Source of the DNA: Eledone cirrhosa
Lineage: Eukaryota
Length of the DNA stretch: 64,000 nucleotides
Reading direction: 5' to 3'
NCBI GenBank assembly: GCA_964016885.1
Contig: OZ024743.1
Coordinates: 134,602,001 to 134,666,000 of the forward strand
The notes below the pieces were generated by a model. That model did not search any database, had not been told where the DNA came from, and was given only the letters and a program-made list of their open reading frames with translations. The position numbers and the translations under genes are program-made. Shown piece by piece: positions 47,990-57,619 of the stretch; the first letter of the stretch is position 1; each line of letters opens with the position of its first letter.

Positions 47990-49613
47990 GGTGTTTGGTG
48001 CTTGGTGCTTGGTGTTTGGTGTTTGGTGCTTGGTGTTTGGTGCTTGGAGCTTGGTGCTTGGTTTTTGGTGCTTGGTGCTTGGTGCTTGGTGCTTGGTGTC
48101 TTGTGCTTGGTGCTTGGTGTTTGGTGTTTGGTGTTTGGTGTTTGGTGCTTGGTACTTGTTGTTTTGTGTTTGGTGTTTGGTGCTTGGTGGTTGGTGTTTG
48201 GTGCTTGGTGCTTGATGCTTGGTGCTTGGTGCTTGGTGTTTGGTGTTTGGTGCTTGGTGCTTGGTGTTTGGTGATTGGTGCTTGGTACTTGGTGTTTGGT
48301 GCTCGGTGCTTGGTGCTTGGTGTTTCGTGCTTGGTGCTTGGTGTTTGGTCTTTGGCGCTTGGTGCTTGGTGTTTGGTGCTTGGTACTTGGTGTTTGGTGT
48401 TTGGCGTTTGGTGTTTGGTGCTTGGTGCTTGGTGCTTGGTTTTTGGAGTTTGGTGCTTGGTGCTTGGTGTTTGGTGTTTGGTGATTGGTGCTTGGTGTTT
48501 GGTGCTTGGGATTTGGTGCTTGGTGCTTGGTGTTTGGTGTTTGGAGTTTTGTACTTGGTGCTTGGTGTTTGGTGTTTGGTGCTTGGTGCTTGGTGTTTGG
48601 TGTTTAGTGCTTGGTGCTTGGTTCTTGGTGTTTGGTGCTCGGTGCTTGGTGCTTGGTGTTTGGTGCTTGGTCCTTGGTGCTTGGTGCTTGGTGTTTGGTG
48701 TTTGGTGCTTGGTGCTTGGTGTTTGGTGCTTGGGGCTTGGTGATTGGTGTTTGGTGCTTGGTGTTTGGTGCTTGGTGCTTGGTGCTAGGTGTTTGGTGTT
48801 TGGTGCTTGGTGCTTGGTGTTTGGTGTTTGGTGCTTGGTGTTTGGTGCTTGGAGCTTGGTGCTTGGTTTTTGGTGCTTGGTGCTTGGTGCTTGGTGCTTG
48901 GTGTCTTGTGCTTGGTGCTTGGTGTTTGGTGTTTGGTGTTTGGTGTTTGGTGCTTGGTACTTGTTGTTTTGTGTTTGGTGTTTGGTGCTTGGTGGTTGGT
49001 GTTTGGTGCTTGGTGCTTGATGCTTGGTGCTTGGTGCTTGGTGTTTGGTGTTTGGTGCTTGGTGCTTGGTGTTTGGTGATTGGTGCTTGGTACTTGGTGT
49101 TTGGTGCTCGGTGCTTGGTGCTTGGTGTTTCGTGCTTGGTGCTTGGTGTTTGGTCTTTGGCGCTTGGTGCTTGGTGTTTGGTGCTTGGTACTTGGTGTTT
49201 GGTGTTTGGCGTTTGGTGTTTGGTGCTTGGTGCTTGGTGCTTGGTTTTTGGAGTTTGGTGCTTGGTGCTTGGTGTTTGGTGTTTGGTGATTGGTGCTTGG
49301 TGTTTGGTGCTTGGGATTTGGTGCTTGGTGCTTGGTGTTTGGTGTTTGGAGTTTTGTACTTGGTGCTTGGTGTTTGGTGTTTGGTGCTTGGTGCTTGGTG
49401 TTTGGTGTTTAGTGCTTGGTGCTTGGTTCTTGGTGTTTGGTGCTCGGTGCTTGGTGCTTGGTGTTTGGTGCTTGGTCCTTGGTGCTTGGTGCTTGGTGTT
49501 TGGTGTTTGGTGCTTGGTGCTTGGTGTTTGGTGCTTGGGGCTTGGTGATTGGTGTTTGGTGCTTGGTGTTTGGTGCTTGGTGCTTGGTGCTAGGTGTTTG
49601 GTGTTTGGTGCTT
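47990..49613 (+). repeat. 805-bp (115-unit) tandem duplication
   Basis: GGAGCTT at 48046/48851 and GGTGCTA at 48781/49586. Identical 174-aa pseudo-ORFs at 48219/49024. Confidence 0.87.
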
Positions 49614-50099
49614 GGCGCTTGGTGCTTGGTGTTTGGTGATTGGTGCTTGGTGTTTGGTGTTTGGTGCTTGGTGCTTGGTGTTTGGTGTTTGGTGCTTGGC
49701 GCTTGGTGTTTGGTGTTTGGTGCCTGGCGTTTGCTGTTTGGCGTTTGGAGTTTGGCATTTGCTGTTTGGCATATGGGGTTTGGCGTTTGCTTTTTGGCGT
49801 TTGCTGTTTGGTGTTTGGTGCTTGGTGTTTGGTGTTTGGTGCTTGGTGCTTGGTGTTTGGTGTTTAGTGCTTGGTGCTTGGTTCTTGGTGTTTGGTGCTC
49901 GGTGCTTGGTGCTTGGTGTTTGGTGCTTGGTGCTTGGTTCTGGGTGCTTGGTGCTTGGTGTTTGGTGTTTGGTGCTTGGTGCTTGGTGTTTGGTGCTTGG
50001 GGCTTGGTGATTGGTGTTTGGTACTTGGTGTTTGGTGCTTGGTTCTTGGTGCTAGGTGTTTGGTGTTTGGTGCTTGGCGCTTGGTGCTTGGTGTTTGGT

Positions 50100-53000
50100 G
50101 ATTGGTGCTTGGTGTTTGGTGTTTGGTGCTTGGTGCTTGGTGTTTGGTGTTTGGTGCTTGGCGCTTGGTGTTTGGTGTTCGGTGCTTGGCGTTTGCTGTT
50201 TGGCGTTTGGGGTTTGGCATTTGCTGTTTGGCGTATGGGGTTTGGCGTTTGCTTTTTGGCGTTTGCTGTTTGGTGTTTGGTGTTTGGTGTTTGCTGTTTG
50301 GTGTTTGCTGTTTGGTGTTTGCTGTTTGGTGTTTGGTGTTTGGTGTTTGCTGGTTGGTGTTTGGTGTTTGGTGTTTGCTGTTTGGTGTTTGCTGTTTGGT
50401 GCTTGGTGCTTGGTGTTTGGTGCATGGTGCTTGGTGCTTCGTGCTTGGTGTTTGGTGCTTGGTGCTTGGTGTTTGGTGCTTGGGGCTTGGTGCTTGGTGT
50501 TTGGTGTTTGGTGTTTGGTGCTTGGTGCTTGGTGTTTTGTGTTTGGTGCTTGGTGTTTGCTGTTTGGTGCTTGGTGCTTGGTGTTTGGTGCTTGGTGCTT
50601 GGTGCTTGGTGCTTGGTGCTTGGTGTTTGGTGCTTGGTGCTTGGTGCTTGGTGCTTGGTGCTTGGTGTTTGGTGTTTAGTGCTTGGTGCTTGGTGTTTGG
50701 TGTTTGGTGCTTGGTGCTTGGTGTCTGGTGCTTGGCGCTTGGTGCTTGGTGTTTGGTGATTGGTGCTTGGTGTTTGGTGTTTGGTGCTTGGTGCTTGGTG
50801 TTTGGTGTTTGGTGCTTGGCGCTTGGTGTTTGGTGTTTGGTGCTTGGCGTTTGCTGTTTGGCGTTTGGGGTTTGGCATTTGCTGTTTGGCGTATGGGGTT
50901 TGGCGTTTGCTTTTTGGCGTTTGCTGTTTGGTGTATGGTGTTTGGTGCTTGGTGCTTGGTGCTTGGTGCTTGGTGTTTGGTGTTTGGTGCTTGGTGCTTG
51001 GTGTTTGGTGTTTGGTGCTTGGTGCTTGGTGTTTGGTGCTTGGGGCTTGGTGATTGGTGTTTGGTGCTTGGTGCTTGGTGCTTGGTGCTTGGTGCTTGGT
51101 GTTCGGTGCTTGGTGCTTGGTGCTAGGTGTTTGGTGTTTGGTGTTTGGCGCTTGGTGCTTGGTGTTTGGTGATTGGTGCTTGGTGTTTGGTGTTTGGTGC
51201 TTGGTGCTTGGTGCTTGGTGTTTGGTGTTTGGTGCTTGGAGCTTGGTGTTTGGTGTTTGGTGCTTGGTGCTTTGTTCTGGGTGCTTGGTGCTTGGTGTTT
51301 GGTGTTTGGTGCTGGGTGCTTGGTGTTTGGTGCTTGGGGCTTGGTGATTGGTGTTTGGTGCTTGGTGCTTGGTGCTTGGTGCTTGGTGTTTGGTGCTTGG
51401 TGTTTGGTGCTTGGTGCTTGGTGATAAGTGTTTGGTGTTTGGTGTTTGGCGCTTGGTGTTTGGTGTTTGGTGATTGGTGCTTGGTGTTTGGTGTTTGGTG
51501 CTTGGTGCTTGGTGTTTGGTGTTTGGTGCTTGGTGCTTGGTGTTTGGTGTTTGGTGCTTGGCACTTGGTGTTTGGTGTTCGGTGCTTGGCGTTTGCTGTT
51601 TGGCGTTTGGGGTTTGGCATTTGCTGTTTGGCGTATGGGGTTTGGCGTTTGCTTTTTGGCGTTTGCTGTTTGGTGTTTGGTGTTTGGTGTTTGCTGTTTG
51701 GTGTTTGCTGTTTGGTGTTTGCTGTTTGGTGTTTGGTGTTTGGTGTTTGCTGGTTGGTGTTTGGTGTTTGGTGTTTGCTGTTTGGTGTTTACTGTTTGGT
51801 GCTTGGTGCTTGGTGTTTGGTGCATGGTGCTTGGTGCTTCGTGCTTGGTGTTTGGTGCTTGGTGCTTGGTGTTTGGTGCTTGGGGCTTGGTGCTTGGTGT
51901 TTGGTGTTTGGTGTTTGGTGCTTGGTGCTTGGTGTTTGGTGTTTGGTGCTTGGTGTTTGCTGTTTGGTGCTTGGTGCTTGGTGTTTGGTGCTTGGTGCTT
52001 GGTGCTTGGTGCTTGGTGCTTGGTGTTTGGTGCTTGGTGCTTGGTGCTTGGTGCTTGGTGCTTGGTGTTTGGTGTTTAGTGCTTGGTGCTTGGTGTTTGG
52101 TGTTTGGTGCTTGGTGCTTGGTGTCTGGTGCTTGGCGCTTGGTGCTTGGTGTTTGGTGATTGGTGCTTGGTGTTTGGTGTTTGGTGCTTGGTGCTTGGTG
52201 TTTGGTGTTTGGTGCTTGGCGCTTGGTGTTTGGTGTTTGGTGCTTGGCGTTTGCTGTTTGGCGTTTGGGGTTTGGCATTTGCTGTTTGGCGTATGGGGTT
52301 TGGCGTTTGCTTTTTGGCGTTTGCTGTTTGGTGTATGGTGTTTGGTGCTTGGTGCTTGGTGCTTGGTGCTTGGTGTTTGGTGTTTGGTGCTTGGTGCTTG
52401 GTGTTTGGTGTTTGGTGCTTGGTGCTTGGTGTTTGGTGCTTGGGGCTTGGTGATTGGTGTTTGGTGCTTGGTGCTTGGTGCTTGGTGCTTGGTGCTTGGT
52501 GTTCGGTGCTTGGTGCTTGGTGCTAGGTGTTTGGTGTTTGGTGTTTGGCGCTTGGTGCTTGGTGTTTGGTGATTGGTGCTTGGTGTTTGGTGTTTGGTGC
52601 TTGGTGCTTGGTGCTTGGTGTTTGGTGTTTGGTGCTTGGAGCTTGGTGTTTGGTGTTTGGTGCTTGGTGCTTTGTTCCGGGTGCTTGGTGCTTGGTGTTT
52701 GGTGTTTGGTGCTGGGTGCTTGGTGTTTGGTGCTTGGGGCTTGGTGATTGGTGTTTGGTGCTTGGTGCTTGGTGCTTGGTGCTTGGTGTTTGGTGCTTGG
52801 TGTTTGGTGCTTGGTGCTTGGTGATAGGTGTTTGGTGTTTGGTGTTTGGCGCTTGGTGTTTGGTGTTTGGTGATTGGTGCTTGGTGTTTGGTGTTTGGTG
52901 CTTGGTGCTTGGTGTTTGGTGTTTGGTGCTTGGTGCTTGGTGTTTGGTGTTTGGTGCTTGGCGCTTGGTGTTTGGTGTTCGGTGATTGGCGTTTGCTGTT

Positions 53001-54000
53001 TGGCGTTTGGGGTTTGGCATTTGCTGTTTGGCGTATGGGGTTTGGCGTTTGCTTTTTGGCGTTTGCTGTTTGGTGTTTGGTGTTTGGTGTTTGCTGTTTG
53101 GTGTTTGTTGTTTGGTGTTTGCTGTTTGGTGTTTGGTGTTTGGTGTTTGCTGGTTGGTGTTTGGTGTTTGGTGTTTGCTGTTTGGTGTTTGCTGTTTGGT
53201 GCTTGGTGCTTGGTGTTTGGTGCATGGTGCTTGGTGCTTCGTGCTTGGTGTTTGGTGCTTGGTGCTTGGTGTTTGGTGCTTGGGGCTTGGTGTTTGGTGT
53301 TTAGTGCTTGGTGCTTGGTGTTTGGTGTTTGGTGCTTGGTGCTTGGTGTCTGGTGCTTGGCGCTTGGTGCTTGGTGTTTGGTGATTGGTGCTTGGTGTTT
53401 GGTGTTTGGTGCTTGGTGCTTGGTGTTTGGTGTTTGGTGCTTGGCGCTTGGTGTTTGGTGTTTGGTGCTTGGCGTTTGCTGTTTGGCGTTTGGGGTTTGG
53501 CGTTTGCTGTTTGGTGTATGGTGTTTGGTGCTTGGTGCTTGGTGCTTGGTGCTTGGTGTTTGGTGCTTGGGGCTTGGTGATTGGTGTTTGGTGCTTGGTG
53601 CTTGGTGCTTGGTGCTTGGTGTTCGGTGCTTGGTGCTTGGTGCTAGGTGTTTGGTGTTTGGTGTTTGGCGCTTGGTGCTTGGTGTTTGGTGATTGGTGCT
53701 TGGTGTTTGGTGTTTGGTGCTTGGTGCTTGGTGCTTGGTGTTTGGTGTTTGGTGCTTGGAGCTTGGTGTTTGGTGTTTGGTGCTTGGTGCTTTGTTCTGG
53801 GTGCTTGGTGCTTGGTGTTTGGTGTTTGGTGCTGGGTGCTTGGTGTTTGGTGCTTGGGGCTTGGTGATTGGTGTTTGGGGCTTGGTGCTTGGTGCTTGGT
53901 GCTTGGTGTTTGGTGCTTGGTGTTTGGTGCTTGGTGCTTGGTGATAGGTGTTTGGTGTTTGGTGTTTGGCGCTTGGTGTTTGGTGTTTGGTGATTGGTGC
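50100..54000 (+). repeat. 1,400-bp (200-unit) tandem duplication followed by a third, internally deleted copy (1,120-bp offset)
   Basis: Pseudo-ORF pairs 50683/52083, 51054/52454, 51173/52573 and 51428/52828 are offset by 1,400. The pair 52573/53693 is offset by 1,120. Boundaries are approximate. Confidence 0.8.
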
Positions 54001-57000
54001 TTGGTGTTTGGTGTTTGGTGCTTGGTGCTTGGTGTTTGGTGTTTGGTGCTTGGCACTTGGTGTTTGGTGTTTGGTGCTTGGCGTTTGCCGTTTGGCATTT
54101 GGGGTTTGGCATTTGCTGTTTGGCGTATGGGGTTTGGCGTTTGCTTTTTTGCGTTTGTTGTTTGGTGTTTGGTGCTTGGTGTTTGGTGTTTGGTACTTGG
54201 TGCTTGGTGTTTGGTGTTTGGTGCTTGGTGCTTGGTGTTTGGTGTTTGGTGCTTGGCGCTTGGTGTTTGGTGTTTTGTGCTTGGCGTTTGCTGTTTGGCG
54301 TTTGGGTTTGGCATTTGCTGTTTGGCGTTTGGAGTTTGGCGTTTGCTGTTTGGTGTTTGCTGTTTGGTGTTTGCTGTTTGGTGTTTGCTGTTTGGTGTTT
54401 GCTGTTTGGTGCTTGGTGCTTGGTGTTTGGTGCATGGTGCTTGGTGCTTGGTGCTTGGTGTTTCGTGCTTGGTGCTTGGTGTTTCGTGCTTGGGGCTTGG
54501 TGCTTGGTGTTTGGTGCTTGGTGTTTGGTGTTTGTTGCTTGGTGCTTGGTGTTTGGTGTTTGGTGCTTGGTGTTTGCTGTTTGGTGCTTGGTGCTTGGTG
54601 TTTGGTGCTTGGTGCTTGGTGCTTGGTGCTTGGTGCTTGGTGTTTGGTGCTTGGTGGTTGGTGCTTGGTGTTTGGTGCTTGGTGCTTGGTGTTTGGTGTT
54701 TGGCGCTTGGTGCTTGGTGTTTGGTGCTTGGTGCTTGGTGTTTGGTGTTTGGTGCTTGGTGTTTGGTGCTTCGTGCTTGGTGCTTGGTGCTTGGTGTCTT
54801 GTGCTTGGTGCTTGGTGTTTGGTGTTTGGTGTTTGGTGTTTGGTGCTTGGTACTTGTTGTTTTGTGTTTGGTGTTTGGTGCTTGGTGGTTGGTGTTTGGT
54901 GCTTGGTGCTTGATGCTTGGTGCTTGGTGCTTGGTGTTTGGTGTTTGGTGCTTGGTGCTTGGTGTTTGGTGATTGGTGCTTGGTACTTGGTGTTTGGTGC
55001 TCGGTGCTTGGTGCTTGGTGTTTCGTGCTTGGTGCTTGGTGTTTGGTATTTGGCACTTGGTGGTTGGTGTTTGGTGCTTGGTACTTGGTGTTTGGTGTTT
55101 GGCGTTTGGTGTTTGGTGCTTGGTGCTTGGTGCTTGGTTTTTGGAGTTTGGTGCTTGGTGCTTGGTGTTTGGTGTTTGGTGATTGGTGCTTGGTGTTTGG
55201 TGCTTGGGATTTGGTGCTTGGTGCTTGGTGTTTGGTGTTTGGAGTTTTGTACTTGGTGCTTGGTGTTTGGTGTTTGGTGCTTGGTGCTTGGTGTTTGGTG
55301 TTTAGTGCTTGGTGCTTGGTTCTTGGTGTTTGGTGCTCGGTGCTTGGTGCTTGGTGTTTGGTGCTTGGTCCTTGGTGCTTGGTGATTGGTGTTTGGTGTT
55401 TGGTGCTTGGTGCTTGGTGTTTGGTGCTTGGGGCTTGGTGATTGGTGTTTGGTGCTTGGTGTTTGGTGCTTGGTGCTTGGTGCTAGGTGTTTGGTGTTTG
55501 GTGCTTGGCGCTTGGTGCTTGGTGTTTGGTGATTGGTGCTTGGTGTTTGGTGTTTGGTGCTTGGTGCTTGGTGTTTGGTGTTTGGTGCTTGGCGCTTGGT
55601 GTTTGGTGTTTGGTACCTGGCGTTTGCTGTTTGGCGTTTGGAGTTTGGCATTTGCTGTTTGGCATATGGGGTTTGGCGTTTGCTTTTTGGCGTTTGCTGT
55701 TTGGTGTTTGGTGCTTGGTGTTTGGTGTTTGGTGCTTGGTGCTTGGTGTTTGGTGTTTAGTGCTTGGTGCTTGGTTCTTGGTGTTTGGTGCTCGGTGCTT
55801 GGTGCTTGGTGTTTGGTGCTTGGTGCTTGGTTCTGGGTGCTTGGTGCTTGGTGTTTGGTGTTTGGTGCTTGGTGCTTGGTGTTTGGTGCTTGGGGCTTGG
55901 TGATTGGTGTTTGGTACTTGGTGTTTGGTGCTTGGTGCTTGGTGCTAGGTGTTTGGTGTTTGGTGCTTGGCGCTTGGTGCTTGGTGTTTGGTGATTGGTG
56001 CTTGGTGTTTGGTGTTTGGTGCTTGGTGCTTGGTGTTTGGTGTTTGGTGCTTGGCGCTTGGTGTTTGGTGTTCGGTGCTTGGCGTTTGCTGTTTGGCGTT
56101 TGGGGTTTGGCATTTGCTGTTTGGCGTATGGGGTTTGGCGTTTGCTTTTTGGCGTTTGCTGTTTGGTGTTTGGTGCTTGGTGTTTGGTGTTTGGTACTTG
56201 GTGCTTGGTGTTTGGTGTTTGGTGCTTGGTGCTTGGTGTTTGGTGTTTGGTGCTTGGCGCTTGGTGTTTGGCGTTTGGCGCTTGGCGTTTGCTGTTTGGC
56301 GTTTGGGGTTTGGCATTTACTGTTTGGCGTTTGGGGTTTGGCGTTTGCTTTTTGGCATTTGCTGTTTGGTGTTTGGTGTTTGGTGTTTGGTGTTTGGTGC
56401 TTGGTGTTTGGTGTTTGGTGTTTAGAGCTTGGTGCTTGGTTCTTGGTGTTTGGTGCTCGGTGCTTGGTGCTTGGTGTTTGGTGCTTGGTGCTTGGTTCTG
56501 GGTGCTTGGTGCTTGGTGTTTGGTGTTTGGTGCTTGGCGCTTGGTGTTTGGTTCTTGGGGCTTGGTGATTGGTGTTTGGTACTTGGTGTTTGGTGCTTGG
56601 TGCTTGGTGCTAGGTGTTTGGTGTTTGGTGCTTGGCGCTTGGTGCTTGGTGTTTGGTGATTGGTGCTTGGTGTTTGGTGTTTGGTGCTTGGTGTTTGGTG
56701 TTTGGTGTTTGGTGCTTGGCGCTTGGTGTTTGGTGTTTGGTGCTTGGCGTTTGCTGTTTGGCGTTTGGGGTTTGGCATTTGCTGTTTGGCGTATGGGGTT
56801 TGGCGTTTGCTTTTTGGCGTTTGCTGTTTGGTGTTTGGTGCTTGGTGTTTGGTGTTTGGTACTTGGTGCTTGGTGTTTGGTGTTTGGTGCTTGGTGCTTG
56901 GTGCTTGGTGTTTGGTGTTTGGTGCTTGACACTTGGTGTTTGGCGTTTGGCGCTTGGCGTTTGCTGTTTGGCGTTTGGGGTTTGGCATTTGCTGTTTGGC

Positions 57001-57619
57001 GTTTGGGGTTTGGCGTTTGCTTTTTGGCATTTGCTGTTTGGTGTTTGGTGTTTGGTGTTTGCTGTTTGGTGTTTGCTGTTTGGTGTTTGGTGTTTGGTGT
57101 TTGGTGTTTGGTGTTTGCTGGTTGGTGTTTGGTGTTTGGTGTTTGCTGTTTGGTGTTTGCTGTTTGGTGCTTGGTGCTTGGTGTTTGGTGCATGGTGCTT
57201 GGTGCTTCGTGCTTGGTGTTTGGTGCTTGGTGCTTGGTGTTTGGTGCTTGGGGCTTGGTGCTTGGTGTTTGGTGTTTGGTGTTTGGTGCTTGGTGCTTGG
57301 TGTTTGGTGTTTGGTGCTTGGTGTTTGCTGTTTGGTGCTTGGTGCTTGGTGTTTGGTGCTTGGTGCTTGGTGCTTGGTGCTTGGTGCTTGGTGTTTGGTG
57401 CTTGGTGCTTGGTGCTTGGTGCTTGGTGCTTGGTGCTTGGTGCTTGGTGTTTGGTGCTTGGTGCTTGGTGCTTGGTGCTTGGTGCTTGGTGTTTGGTGTT
57501 TAGTGCTTGGTGCTTGGTGTTTGGTGTTTGGTGCTTGGTGCTTGGTTTCTGGTGCTTGGTGCTTGGTGCTTGCTGTTTGGTGCTTGGTGTTTGGTGCTTG
57601 GTGTTTGGTGTTTGGTGCT

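Noticed and set aside
2328-55651. Long minus-strand ORFs (811, 1,042, 1,091, 1,320, 1,334, 1,413 and 1,730 aa) resembling mucin-like or CTD-like heptad proteins
   Set aside because: They are purely repeat-derived. ATG arises from CAT-containing variant units, there is no signal peptide or non-repeat terminus, and lengths simply reflect rare TTA/CTA variants on the + strand.
1085-57039. CRISPR-like or other repeat-spacer array with the 84-bp cassette as the repeat
   Set aside because: The intervening DNA is the same heptamer and is duplicated rather than unique. Spacing is irregular and far too long, and there is no leader or cas gene.
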